From the human T2T-CHM13v2.0 reference genome, Homo sapiens, in NCBI RefSeq assembly GCF_009914755.1, contig NC_060930.1: DNA of 64,000 nt; one strand, 5' to 3'. Both the position numbers and the translations under genes were made by a program. Shown here piece by piece: positions 1 through 18,260 of the stretch. The notes beneath the pieces were generated by a model. The model was not told the DNA's origin. It did no database searches and saw only the letters and a program-made list of their open reading frames with translations. Numbering within the stretch: position 1 is the stretch's first letter; each line of letters begins with the position of its first letter.

Positions 1-226
1 TTTGTTTTTCTTTCAATGGTCAGGCCCTTCTTCTGTAGGGCTGCTGCGGTTTGTTGAGGGTTCATTTCAGGCCCTATTCGTCTGGTTTGCCCCGATGCCT
101 GGAGATGCAACTCAAGGAGGCTGGGGAACAGCAAAAATGGGTGTCTGCTCCTTCTTCTGGGATCTCTGACCTTGAGGGACATCAACTTGTTGCCAGTAGG
201 ATTGCTCCTATATAAGGTGTCTGACA
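1..226 (-). mobile_element. Old primate L1 5'UTR fragment (L1PA13-16/L1PB-like), continues left of the window
   Basis: ctcaaggaggctggggaacagcaaaaatgggtgtctgctccttcttctgggatctctgacc resembles the antisense strand of older L1P 5'UTRs. Confidence 0.65.
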
Positions 227-665
227 AAAAGGTTAAGTAACTTTCTAAGGGTTATATAGGAAGTTGCCAGTAAGACTCATATGTAGGTCCTTCTGGAAAC
301 AAAGTTCAGGCTTAATGTACTTACTACCCCTCAGCAACCCATCTGCAATGAAGTGCTCCAGTCAGCCATTCAAGTGTGGGAAAGAATTCACCTAGAGAGT
401 TTCTTCCACTGCATACAAAACTCTTTCTTACTTGTTCCTTGTCAAAATACCAATCATAATTGAAACCCCAATAAAGACATCACCTCCTCCAGGAGACTTC
501 CTGCATATCCTCCTTGCCATGTTGATTAACCCATTTCTTCTCTGCTCCGTTCACATTTTCTATTTACCCCTATTATTGTAGCACTAATCCCTCAAGTGAA
601 CTTTGCTCACATGCTTTTCCTGCTCAACAGCGAGTCCCTTGAGGGTAAAAAAAATGTATCTTCTT

Positions 666-1702
666 GGGAGGAGGAGCCAAGATGGCCGAATAGGAACAGC
701 TCCGGTCTACAGCTCCCAGTGTGAGCGACGCAGAAGACGGGTGATTTCTACATTTCCATCTGAGGTACCGGGTTCATCTCACTAGGGAGTGCCAGACAGT
801 GGGCGCAGGACAGTGGGTGCAGCGCACCATGTGCGAGCTGAAGCAGGGCGAGGCATTGCCTCACTTGGGAAGTGCAAGGGGTCAGGGAGTTCCCTTTCCT
901 GGTCAAGGAAAGGGGTGACAGATGGCACCTGGAAAATCGGGTCACTCCCACCCGAATACTGCGCTTTTCCAATGGGCTTAGGAAACAGCACACCAGGAGA
1001 TTATATCCTGCACATGGCTCAGAGGGTCCTACGCCCACGGAGTCTCGCTGATTGCTAGCACAGCAGTCTGAGATCAAACTGCAAGGCCGCAGCCAGGCTG
1101 GGGGAGGGGCACCCGCCATTGCCCAGGCTTGCTTAGATAAACAAAGCAGCCTGGAAGCTCGAACTGGGTGGAGCCCACCACAGCTCAAGGAGGCCTGCCT
1201 GCCTCTGTAGGCTCCACCTCTGGGGGCAGGGCACAGACAAACAAAAAGACAACAGTAACCTCTGCAGACTTAAATGTCCCTGTCTGACAGCTTTGAAGAG
1301 AGCAGTGGTTCTCCCAGCACGCAGCTGGAGATCTGAGAATGGGCAGACTGCCTCCTCAAGTGGGTCCCTGACCCCTGACCCCCAAGCAGCCTAACTGGGA
1401 GGCACCCCCCAGTAGGGGCAGACTGACACCTCACATGGCCGGGTACTCCTCTGAGACAAAACTTCCAGAGGAACAATCAGACAGCAGCATTCGTGGTTCA
1501 TGAAAATCCACTGTTCTGCAGACACCGCTGCTGATACCCAGGCAAACAGGGTCTGGAGTGGACCTCTAGCAAACTGCAACAGACCCGCAGCTGAGGGTCC
1601 TGTCTGTTAGAAGGAAAACTAACAAACAGAAAGGACATCCACACCAAAAACCCATTTGTACATCACCATCATCAAAGACCAAAAGTAGATAAAACCACAA
1701 AG
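666..1702 (+). promoter_or_regulatory. L1 5'UTR internal sense promoter and antisense promoter; YY1 site aagatggcc at 679-687
   Basis: Complete 1037-bp 5'UTR, intact YY1 motif, partial CpG retention. Confidence 0.8.
748..1119 (-). CDS. L1 antisense ORF0 homolog, open for 123 aa
   Basis: ATG at 1119 gives MAGAPPPAWLRPCSLISDCCASNQRDSVGVGPSEP, matching the primate ORF0p N-terminus; expression unknown. Confidence 0.6.
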   Translation of the reverse strand: MAGAPPPAWLRPCSLISDCCASNQRDSVGVGPSEPCAGYNLLVCCFLSPLEKRSIRVGVTRFSRCHLSPLSLTRKGNSLTPCTSQVRQCLALLQLAHGALHPLSCAHCLALPSEMNPVPQMEM

Positions 1703-2719
1703 ATGGGGAAAAAACAGAGCAGAAAAACTGGAAACTCTAAAAAGCAGAGCGCCTCTCCTCCTCCAAAGGAATGTAGTTCCTCACCAGCAATGGAACAAAG
1801 CTGGACAGAGAATGACTTTGACAAGTTGAGAGAAGAAGACTTCAGACAATCAAACTACTCTGAGCTACAGGAGGAAATTAAAACCAAACGCAAAGAAGTT
1901 GAAAACTTTGAAAAAAATTTAGGCGAATGTATAACTAGAATAACCAATACAGAGAAGTGCTTAAAGGACCTGATGGGGCTGAAAGCCAAGGCTCGAGAAC
2001 TACGTGAAGAATGCAGAAGCCTCAGGAGCCAATGCGATCAACTGGAAGAAAGGTTATCAGTGATGGAAGATGAAATGAATGAAATGAAGTGAGAAGGGAA
2101 GTTTAAAGAAAAAAGAATAAAAAGAAACAAACAAAGTCTCCAAAAAATATGGGACTATGTGAAAAGACCAAATCTATGTCTGATTGGTGTACTGGAAAGT
2201 GACAGGGAGAATGGAACCAAGTTGGAAAACACTCTGCAGGATATTATCCAGGAGAACTTCCCCAATCTAGCAAGGCAAGCCAACATTCAGATTCAGGAAA
2301 TACAGAGAATGCCACAAAGATACTCCTCAAGAAGAGCAACTCCAAGACACATAATTGTCAGATTCACCAAAGTTGAAACGAAGGAAAAAATGTTAAGGGC
2401 AGCCAGAGAGAAAGGTCGGGTTACCCTCAAAGGGAAGCCCATCAGACTAACAGCGGATCTCTCGGCAAAAACTCTACAAGCCAGAAGAGAGTGGGGGCCA
2501 ATATTCAACATTCTTAAAGAAAAGAATTTTCAACCCAGAATTTCATATCCAGCCAAACTAAGCTTCATAAGGGAAGGAGAAAAAAAATACTTTACAGACA
2601 AGCAAATGCTGAGAGACTTTGTCACCACCAGGCCTGCCCTACAAGAGCTCCTGAAGGAAGCACTAAACATGGAAAGGAACAACCGGTACCAGCCACTGCA
2701 AAATCATGCCAAAATGTAA
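1703..2719 (+). pseudogene. L1 ORF1p (338 codons) with one premature stop at 2090-2092
   Basis: MGKKQSRKTGNSK... to ...QPLQNHAKM in one frame; CGA>TGA at codon 130. Confidence 0.95.
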
Positions 2720-2782
2720 AGACCACTGAGACTAGGAAGAAACTGCATCAACTAACCAGCAAAATAACCAGCTAACATCATA

Positions 2783-6608
<3,826 letters not shown>

Positions 6609-7900
6609 ACAATGAGAACACATGGACACAGGAAGGGGAACATCACACTCTGGGGACTGTTGTGGGGTAGGGGGAGCAGGGAGGGATAGCATTAGGAGAT
6701 ATACCAAATGCTAAATGACGAGTTAATGGGGGCAGCACACCAGCATGGCACATGTATACATATGTAACTAACCTGCACATTGTGCACATGTACCCTAAAA
6801 CTTAAAGTATAATAATGATAATTTAAAAAAATGTATCTTCTTGATTTATCTTCTCAACTATTGATACAATACCTGACTCATAATAGGTACTCAATAAATA
6901 CAAATTGGATTTAATTCAGTGGAATGAAATAGAATAGAATGGAATGATATGCCTTGTATTTATCTTCTTATCTAGGGCTTCCAGAAAGTTTTGAGGTAAA
7001 AAGAGGTCTAGGGAACATGGTTTGCAAAAATTTATGGTTCTGTGACTATGGCTCTCCCAGCTGTTCAGAAATGGAAATTTAATTTGTCTTTGGAAAGTAG
7101 ATCCCTCTCTGCACCTTCTCCGTCCTTTCTGAGTGGCAATACAGGTTAAGCAAAACATTCTAGGAAAGAGTAGAATAGACTCAATGACTTTTTCACAATC
7201 TTTTTATCTTCTGAGTATAAATATTCATTTTAATCCTTAAAAACAATCATTTTAGGATGTTTTGGGCCTAATGGTTGCTTTTAAAGGGAAATCCCTTCTT
7301 ATAGCAACCCTGTGGGGTTTACAGCTAAGGGAGACCTGGGTCAGCATGACTCCCTGCCCTGAACTCCCTCAGTTCTTCCCTCTTACTAATTCAATCTCAG
7401 AATCAGTGTCATTCTGAGCCCTCTTCAGCCAGCATTGGTTTGCTCTGGGTAGCACATTGGTACATTTTTGTTTGCACTGTAATTAAATCTCATCTGTTAA
7501 AGTGTCAGTGACCCATCTTGGCAGCTAAAAGGTAATATGTGAAAGTTAATTTCCTAAGGTCCTAGAGCACAAAACACTGACAATGTACAGGGGATACACT
7601 TTTGAACTCATTTCAAAAGAAGTGTGTTTGAACTGGACTATTCTGAGAGAGCAGAGGGGGAAAAAAGACTGTCTTTGATCAATGAGAAAATGTTCATAAA
7701 AATCAAGATGAGCCAACTCATTAAGTCTATTTGTCTTGACTTAAGTAGTTTATGCTGTCACATTCTTTGGAAGTATGTGAAGCTAATGGGGAGATTATTC
7801 ATATAGGAGGAAGTGTTTAATAAGCCAGTTTGGACTAAGGAATCCCAGAACTAGATGCACTCTAAGAGATCTGCAGTCATTAGCCCAGTTCTCCACTACC

Positions 7901-8410
7901 ATATTAGTTTCCTGTTGCTGCTTGTGGTAACAAACTACAACAAACTTGGCAGCTTAAAACAATACAAATTTATTATTTTACAGCCCTGCAGGTCAGAAGC
8001 CCACCACAGGTCTCACTGGGCTAAAACCAGGGTGTTGGCAGGGCTGCATTCCTTTCTGGAGGCTGTAGGAGAGAATCCATTTCCTTGCCTTTTCCAGCTT
8101 CAAGGGGACACCACCTTCCTTGGCTTCTTGCCCCTTCTTCCACCCTCAAAACCAGCAATGTTGCATCTCTCCAGCCATTTTTGTGTAGTCACATGTCCCT
8201 CTGACCCAAGCCTGGAAAGATTCTCTGTTCCTGAGAACCCACATGATTGAACTGGACTCATGTGGATAATCAAAGCTAATGTCACATCTCAGGGTCCTTA
8301 ACTTTATCATATCTGTAAGGTCTAGTTTTCCATGTAAGGTAAACATATTCACAGGTTCTTGGGATTAGAATATGGACATTTTGGGGGCCATTTTTCCACC
8401 TGCCCTAACT
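7901..8410 (-). mobile_element. MLT1C/D-like ERVL-MaLR solo LTR
   Basis: tattagtttcctgttgctgc..aacaaactacaacaaacttggcagcttaaaacaa..gggattagaatatggacattttgggggcca. Confidence 0.8.
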
Positions 8411-8596
8411 ACCTAAGGAAAGGTGCTCCAAAAATGTGATTATAGGATGGGTATCCTCATCATAACTCTACTTCAGGGCCTTATTCACATAAATACTTTT
8501 TTTCATCATCTAACCTAAATCTCCTACTACTATACTTCCAAATTAAAACATTCTCACTCTCCAAGCTTATAGAAACCCCTAGACTATCTCTCCCCA

Positions 8597-10875
8597 TGGG
8601 TGATATGATTCTATACCTAGAAAACCCTAAGGACTCTGCCAAAAGGCTCCTGGAACTGATAAATGACTTCAGTAAAGCTTCAGGATACAAAATCAATGTA
8701 CAAAAATTAGTAGCATTTCTACACACCAGTAACATTCAAGATGAGAACCAAATTAAGAATGCAATCCCATTTACAGTAGCGGAAAAAAATAAAATAAAAT
8801 ACCTAAAAATACATCTAAGCAAGGAGGTGGACTATCTCCAGAAGGGGAACTACAAAACACCAGTAAAATAAGCCACAGATGACACAAACAAATGGAAACA
8901 CATTCTTAGCTGGGCACGGTGGCTCACACCTGTAATCCCAGCACTTTGAGAGGCTGAGGTATGTAGATCACTTGAGCCCAGGAGTTTGAGACCAGCCTGG
9001 GCAACATGGCAAAACCCCATCTCTACTAAAAATGCAAAAAATTAGCCAGGGCATGGTGGCATGCACCTGTAGTCCCAGCTACTCAGCAGGCTCAGATGAG
9101 AGGATCACTTGAGCTGGGGATGTCGAGGCTGCAGTGAGCTAAGATCACACCACTGCATTCCAGCCTGGGTGACAGAGTGAAACCCTGTCTCAAAATAAGA
9201 AAAAAAATTCCATGCTCACAGATTGGAAGAATCAATATCATTAAAATAGTCATACTGCCCAAAGCAACCTCCAGATTCAATGCTATTCCTATCAAGCTAC
9301 CAATGTCTCTTTTCACAGAACTAGAAAAAAACTATTCTAAAATTCATATGGAACCAAAAAAGAGCCTGAATAGCCAAAGCAATCCTAAAGAAAAAGAACA
9401 AAGCTGAAGGTATTACATTACCTGACTTCAAACTATACTATAAAGCTACAGTAACTACAACAGCATGATACTGTTACAAAAACAGACACATAGACCAATT
9501 GAACAGAATAGAGAACTCAGAAATAAAGCCACACACCTACGGCCATCTGATCTTTGATAAAAGTCAACAAAAATAAGCAATGAGAAAGGAGTCCCTATTC
9601 AATAAATTGTACTGGGATACCTGGTTAGCCATGTGCAGAAGAATGAAACTGGACCCCTACCTTTTACCATATACAAAAATAACTCAAGATAGATTAAGTA
9701 TTTAAATGTAAGACCTCAAACTATAAGAATTCTAGAAGAAAACCTAGGAAACACCATTCTGGTCATCAGTCTTGGGAAATAATTTATTACTAAGTCCTCA
9801 AAAGCAATTGTAACAAAGACAAAAATTGACAAGTGGGACCTAATTATACTAAAGAGCTTCTTACACAGCAAAAGAAACTATCAACAGAGTAAATAGACAA
9901 CCAGCAGAATGGGAGAAAATATTCAGAAACTGCCCAACCAACAAAGGTCAAATATCCAGAATCTTTAAGGAACTTAAACAATTGAACAAGCAAAAAAAAA
10001 AAAAAAAAAAAAAAAACTAGTAAAAAACAGGCAAAAGATATGGACAGACAATTCTCAAAAGAAGACATACGAGCAGCCAACAAACCTATGAAAAAAATAC
10101 CCCACATCACTAATCATCAATTCAATTCAAATGCAATTCAAAACCACAATGAGATACCCTCTCACACTAGTCAGAATGTCTATTATTAAAAAGTCAAAAA
10201 ATAACAGACGCTGGCAAGGCTGCAGGGAAAAGGGAACACTTATACACTGATGGTGGGAATGTAAATTAGTTCAGCCACTGTAGAAAGCAGTCTGGAAATT
10301 TCTCAAAGAACTTCAAACAGAACTACCATTCAACCTAGCAGTCTCATTACTGAGTATACATCCAAAAGAAACGTTTTGCCAAAAAAAAAAAAAAAACCAC
10401 ATGTACGCACATGTTCCTTGCAGCACTATTCATAATAGCAAAAACATGGAATCAATCTAGGTGCCCATCAATGGTGGATTGGATAAAGAAAATGTAGTAC
10501 ATGTACACTGTGGAATACTACATAGCCATAAAAAAAATGAAATCATGTCCTTTGCAGCAACATGGATGCAGCTAAAGGCCATTATCCTAAGTGAATCAAC
10601 AAAGGAACAGAACCAGATACCGCCATTCTCATTTATGAGTGAAAGCTAAACAATGTGTACTCATCGACACAAAGAAGGGGACAATAGAAACTGGGGACTA
10701 CTAGAGGGAAGAGGGAGGAAGGGGGCAAGGGATGAAAAACTACCTATTGGGTACTATGCTCTGTACCTGGTGGATGGGATCATTCGTACCCCAGACCTCA
10801 GCATCACACAATATACCCAGGTAACAAACCTGCACATGTACCCCCTGAGTCTAAAATAAAAGTTTAAATTATATT
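8597..10875 (+). mobile_element. 5'-truncated older L1 (L1PA16/L1PB-like): ORF2 3' half plus 3'UTR
   Basis: DMILYLENPKDSAKRLLELINDFSK homology; 3' end gtaacaaacctgcacatgtaccccctgagtctaaaataaaagtt. Confidence 0.9.
8908..9207 (+). mobile_element. AluJ inserted into the old L1
   Basis: Dimeric Alu with J diagnostics gagcccaggagtttgag and gaggctgcagtgagc; L1 resumes at ttccatgctc. Confidence 0.9.
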
Positions 10876-11239
10876 TCAAAAGCTATGTAAACAAATTAAT
10901 TAATAAAGTAAAAGAAAACATAGTTGCCAACATTATAAACGAAGGTATGACAGAAGAGAGTTCTTGTTTACCTATAATAAAAGATTTTAAAAATGTGTTT
11001 TCTCTCCTTACCAAAGCTGATTTGGCTTACAAATTTTTATTTTCCCTTCATTGTTCCCAACCACCCAAAAAAAAAAAAAAAAGCATGAAAGCTCATTACC
11101 TATGCAACATTCCTGTTTCTGTGTTATCCATTATATACTTAAATTAAAAGCTTTTTTAATACTGAAAATTATGAAGTCTTTCACGTTACTTTTCTGAGTT
11201 GTTTGGGTTGCTCCCAGGGGATTCTGTCTCTTTTTTTAA

Positions 11240-11648
<409 letters not shown>

Positions 11649-12899
11649 AGATTTTTCACTTTCTTAAGCTCCCACGTCTGACTAAGGTGCCTGCCTCAGG
11701 AACTTAGTATACCTGGGAGCATTCGCTTCCTCAGAAACTTCTCAGGCTCCAAGGTCTGGGGTCAGAACCGGCTGCAGTCAAGGCACAGGGGTGGAAGGAG
11801 AGTATTTCTCACCACTTCCTTTCAGGTCTCCAAATCCCAGGACCTAGACAAGCCCAGGAGTAAAGGATTCTCTACCTATGCGTGTTCTTGAAAGGTAACT
11901 GTGGAACATACATATTTCTATATCTACTGTGGCCCAGGTACTTTGCATGTATCATCTCCCATAAGCCTCCTAATTGTCTTAGGGTGTCATGGTTGTTCCC
12001 AGTAACAAGGAAGGCAACCAAGGCTGAGCATGTTTACACCACTTGCGCATGGTCCAAGGTGACTGCAACTCCCAGCTCCACTCCCTGAAGCCATTATTTT
12101 GGGCAGCCACTTAATGCACGTTAGTGCCTTGCCCTCATTTTTGGTGAGGTCTATTCCTAGCACACTCATCAGTTCCCTTGACACAAAGAAATAGATGTCA
12201 CCTCTTCTATCACCCTGGACCCTGAGACATCAACACAGTCAAGCAGCAAGAAAACACTTCAAGCAGCTGAAAGTCTGAATTGGGGCCTCACAATCTCCTC
12301 AACACTCCCACAACCCAAAGAATTCCCTGGGCTCCTCCGTCCCACCCATCCCCAGGGGAGTCCAGCCAAGCCCCAGTGCCCCTAGGGGAGTTTTCAGGCT
12401 GAGATCAGGTCTTGGGCACTATCTGAGGGATTTTAGGGCTTCCCCTCCGTGGTTCAGAGTAATCTGAATTTTATAGGCTGCAACTTGAGTTGGTTTGGTT
12501 TCCTACATCCATGGGCAGCTGACAGCTGTCAGGGAGGCAGGTATCCCTCTTGCCTCTGGCCAGTCCTGAGGCTCATTCACAGAGACAGGGACAGAGTCCA
12601 GACTGACAGACTATTTTGGCTCTTTCTGTGAGGACCCAGCAAACTGGGTTTGGCTGCTAACAGCCTCTAAAGTCAACAGAACATGCAGACTTCTCAAATA
12701 CCATTGAATCAACTGACCACGAACTGAATATAGGTCTGGTTTAAGGCTTGGCTGTCCCCTCCTGTGGATTGCTTTGTTTCAGCCAAAAATGCTTTTCTTT
12801 CACGCCACTAAAATGTTTTGAGCTCCTCCCATGTGCTAAAGACTGAGATGTGTTCTGCCTAAACCTGCACTGATAAAGCATAAAGTGGGAGGGAACTTT

Positions 12900-13850
12900 G
12901 TCATTCATTCATTAGTTTATCATTCATTTATTCATTTATTCACTTATTCAATAAACAGATAATGAATACATGCTCTCTGGAAAGTACTGTGTTAAGCAAT
13001 GTGGAAAATAAAAGGAGAATTCACCAGATATCCTGCCTTCAAAAAGGTCATATATTAATAGAAGAGATATGTCAGAGATAGAACTTTCTCTAAGACAAGG
13101 TAAAACACAATAGATGCAATGGAAAAGGTACAGGTGGAATCTCAGGAGTAGAAAGACATTACTTGCATTTAGAGTATAAGGGACGTTGTCTGGAGTTTGG
13201 TTTTCCCCAAAAGCACATCCTGATATGAGGATTTGAGTGCAAGTCGTTTATTTGTGAGAGAGAGAATCTCAAGACACGCAAAAGGAGTAGAAGTCAAGAG
13301 CAAAGGAAGAAAAACCTATAAAGGAATCTTTAATGAGCAGGTTACCACTGTGAGCAACTGGGGCTCTGCCACACTGGGGAAACTCAGAGAGTGAACATCC
13401 CTCAGGGTCACTGCAATAAGAGAAGAGGAAGATGGAGTGTTTATCCTAAAACTCCCCTTCCTTAAGATTGAGGGTTGCTCCTGGAGCAATAAGCTCCCTT
13501 GCCCAGCAGCCCAAAACGCCACCTGTGGCCGAGAACACCCTCCAAAGGGGACAGGAAGTTTCACTGTTTACAGGCACTACCTTCGACTCCTGTAAGTGGG
13601 CTAAGGGACTATGGGTGGGGCACTGCCAGCATATGCTCAAAAATCTTCACGGAGAGTCAGCACTTGAGAAGAGTCTTAACGAAAGAATAGGATGTGGTCT
13701 AGTGGAGGCAGGAGAATTTCAAGTGAAGGAATAACCCAAACAAAGACACAGAGGCAAGTACAAAGGGACTAGTGAGTAATTCAGCAAAGCTGGACCTCAG
13801 AATCCACGTGGTGGGGCTGGGAGAAATACAGTAGGTCAAGCATGAGAGAA
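12900..13850 (-). mobile_element. L2 3' fragment interrupted by an MLT1 LTR
   Basis: (CATT)n tail followed by ttcaataaac..tactgtgttaagc; L2-like sequence resumes near 13645. Confidence 0.6.
13186..13642 (-). mobile_element. MLT1I/K-like MaLR solo LTR
   Basis: gaggatttgagtgcaagtcgtttatttg..gagcaggttaccactgtgagcaactggggct. Confidence 0.7.
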
Positions 13851-14978
13851 TACATTATATATCAACATGCTATAAGATCTATATATATATGTGGATATTT
13901 TGAAATAATTTTTAAATATAGTTGATATTTTAAAAATTAAATCCCTACATCAGGAAACTTATTATATCTCAATAGCAAACCACTTAACCTAGAGACAGGC
14001 TCAAATCAAATCCACTTTGCCTTTGTGGCTGAAATAGTATCTGCAAGTGGCCTCCAATATTGATTATGAAATGTTCCTGCCGATGAAATAAATTTCATCT
14101 TTATAGCCCCAAAAGATGCTTCAAACATGTCAGCAGTGTGACTCTGTGTTGATCAATAACGACTTCCAGAGCAATGTAAATTAACTCACTTCTTCTCTTA
14201 CATTTTAGGAAATGTCTTCATCAGGTGTGTCACTTCTTTACTGAGGTCTTGCCCCTTGGCTGTTGCAGAACTAGAATGTCTCCCTATAGCCCAAGTACTC
14301 ACAGGGACAATCAGATGTCTGCAGGGAGCAAGGCGCTAGAAGGCCATTGGACTCAAACTCCCACATGTATTTCACTACTGTCCAGGGTCCTCATTCAGCC
14401 CTGCCTGGGAACAACGCAGGGACTTTCTGTCCCAGGACTAATGCTCCACCACACATCCATGGTCACAGAAATAGAGTGAAGGCTCTACAGTGGGTGAGTT
14501 GGAGAAGGACTTAGAATTCTGATCTTAGGAATTTAGGTTTTAGGCCCATAGCAAAACCAGGGATGTTTCGCTCCTCATCAGAGTCAGGGAGCCATATACT
14601 CTCTGACACTTCAAGGAAAATCAAGCCTTTTTTTCTTACTAACTTTAATCGAAAAAGAAGTATCTATGTTCCTCAGTTCATGAAATTAACGTGTTCCAAA
14701 AAATTGATGCAAAGATGAATTTCCCAATGTTGGATCTTATTTTTAATTCAGTACAGAAACTTTATCTTTAAAATCATTTTTCCTATGTAAAATAAGAACT
14801 CATTTGTAGTGTGAATTTTAACTTTCCTTATATTCCACCAGCATGTATCTGTTGCATGAATCTTTTTGTTCTTTAGGTTTTTGTGGAGTGGAGCACATTC
14901 ATTTAAAAATGTTATTTAACATTCAGGTCAGCTCAGCAACCCTTTATTGAAGGCCTGTTAGGAAGAGGCAAGCACTGA

Positions 14979-15499
<521 letters not shown>

Positions 15500-17389
15500 T
15501 GAAAAGTGGAAATGTTTTCAGGCAGTACTGAAAGGGATACCAGGTAGTAATTTTATGGACTAATAAAAAAATTGACCTCAATAGATCTTTTTAGATGATT
15601 TGCAAAGGGTATAAAGAATAGGTCCATACTTGCTTAACTGACATTGACAGTGTGTGAGATGAACAATCTTTATATTTTTATTGTCTCTCTAAATAAATGT
15701 TTGTAATTTCATTTCTTTGCAAGAATTTCTAGTGCATCTCAGAATCCTCTCTACAAGTCAAACTTCAATTGCTCTTCAGACCACCTAATTCTTTTCTAAT
15801 CTTTTTCTAATTTAATCTTTTCTGTGAGCTTCCAAAGAGAAGCCACTGCTAAAGTAAGTAGAAAAACCCAATGGGAATATTTTGCTAAAATTCCTATGAA
15901 CAGTATGAGACCCAGCCTGGCTTCCAGCCTCAGCACAGCAAGTCCCTTCTCTGTGACCACCAGTACTCCATTTGCAAGCCCATCCCGCTCCCAGTTATAA
16001 TCCTGAGCCAGGGCAAAAGTTTAAGAATGTCCCTTTGTGTGTCTACTCTGTCCTGAGTGCATTATACAACTTACCGCACAGAGCTAGCTGGTGTTACACA
16101 TACTTACAGGTAAAACACCTGAGGGTTTTACTAAATAGCACACAGTGGTAAATCCAGGATCAAACCAGGTCTCTCTGATTCCAAAACCCATACCCTTTCC
16201 ACTGCACCACAGGGCCAATGGCACTCCACTCCTGCGCTAAGCATCCACCTTCTCTGAGCACTCACCTGGTGGCTGTGCCCTGCTACCCACTGACTGGCCT
16301 CATAGGGAGTTCATAGCCAGCCCAGGACTCCCCCTGCTGGAATCCGCCTCTCTGCTGGGACCGCCCCTACTCCCAGCTGCTTTGTCTTGGGGATCTCCCT
16401 CGCTGACCAGCTGGCCTCTGCCAGGCTACTTCCTTGCTCCCTGGAATCTCTGCTGCTCTGGCCAGAGCAGTCCTCCCTCAGCCCCTGAAGGCTGACCAAC
16501 CAGGAGCAGTATGGGCCTCTTCTCAGTTCCCCTCAATCTGCCCCATCTGCCTGTGAGCCCCTGATCCAGGGCAATGTGGATCCTGAGAAATGACAGGAAG
16601 CATCAAAACACCAGAGATGTGAAATGTCAGGTAATCAAGATAGAACCAAATCCAAGAGGCTGAGCAGAAGGTGACTTTCAGAAGAAATGAACAGGCTTTT
16701 GCCCAGAACTTCTAGCTTTCTAGTTGTAGACCCTAGAAAAGTATTCAACTTTCTCCAAACTTTGCTTAGAAATTCATTTGCCATGAACAACCAGGGCCAA
16801 ATCAGCAGTAACAAAAACGGAAGAACTAAAGCAATTTTCTTGAATAGCAGTCAGCAACCTTTCCAAAGTGAGGCACCACACCCAGCTGTTCCCCCCTGAT
16901 GTTCAGACATGCCTGGGCTGCAGCGAGGAGGTGTCCACTCTTCTCAGGGGGTGGGGTAGTGTGCTGACTCTCAATGAAAACCACATGCTGTAGGTTCCTA
17001 CCCCAATTTAGAAGACCGTTTCTGTTCAAAGCTGGACCATTCAATCTCAGAAAGCATTCCAGCCTCTGATTGTCTTAAGCCATAACTACAGTAATAAAGT
17101 GGTCTGTTGAGCGGATGCAATTTTCTAAATATTTCAGAACATCCAGGCAAAATATTTTCTCTTTAATACCCAGGCAAGAGAGACCAAAGCAGGATGTTGC
17201 TTTTCCAGCATGATTGGGAATCACACATATTTTTAATGCATCAAGGAAAACAAAGCCCATGACTCACCCAAAAAGTGATTTTCAAAAAGTGATTTTCTCA
17301 AAGTTGAAGGAAATAATGGGAAGGATTATATGGTCCCCAATATAGTCTTAAGCATCCTTTAAGTCAAAAGTTTCTTCAGTTCAAATATG

Positions 17390-18260
17390 TTTATATACTT
17401 TTTCTGATTACCAGAATAATATATGTTAATGGTAGAAAATTACAAAAGTATAGGAAAGCATAAATATAAAAATTTAAATTAATCAAAATCCAGCAACTCA
17501 TCAACAACCGCTGTTATTTCAGTGAATAGATATTCCAGTCTTTTCTGTGCGTATGTATTTGTCTCTCCTGCTTTTATTTTTGTTTTTTACAAAAATGGGA
17601 GCATATTATATACACTATTTGTATCCTGTTTATTTTACTTAATGATATATCTTAAATGGTTTCCCATGACATTAATTTTTCTTCTAAAACATAATTTTGA
17701 TGGTCATGTAGTATTTACTGTCAGATATTTTAAATTGTTTCTAAATTTCTCTATCAGAAATAACATCAGTAGTAAAAGTTCTTGTGCATAAATCTCTGTG
17801 TATCTTATTATTTTCTTATTTCTTATTTATTTAAAATTAATTCCTTGAAGTAGACAAAGACAGAGAATATGCATGTTTTTAAGATTTTGATTCATATTAA
17901 CAAGTGCCCATAAAAAATTGTACACACTTGTAAAGTGTGCCCTATTCCCCAAACCTTTGCCAATGGGGGGCATTTCCAGGTTTATTGAATAGATAAAATT
18001 GAGAGCTCATTGTTTTAATTGGCATTTATTTGTTTGCTAGTGAGATTAAACATGTTAGCATATGTTTATTGGACATTTGCTTAAATATTTAAAACCTCTA
18101 TCCATTTTTATACTATGGTATTTCTCTTTTTCCTATTAATTTGTAAGAGTTCCTTATGCATTAAAAATATTCCCTTTTGGTCTACCATATTGGCTGCCAA
18201 TATTTCCCCCAGGCTATCATTGCTTTTTAACATTATTTGGGGTATTTTTGGCATGAGTTA
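17390..18260 (-). mobile_element. Ancient L1M (L1ME-like) 3' fragment
   Basis: AT-rich; ctcattgttttaattggcatttatttg..tagcatatgtttattggacatttg is typical of antisense L1M. Confidence 0.6.

Noticed and set aside
6918-6948. GGAAT/TAGAA pentamers resembling satellite II/III
   Set aside because: Only ~30 bp; a simple repeat at an L2-like tail
17269-17296. Perfect 14-bp tandem duplication caaaaagtgatttt
   Set aside because: Ordinary slippage duplication with no further structure
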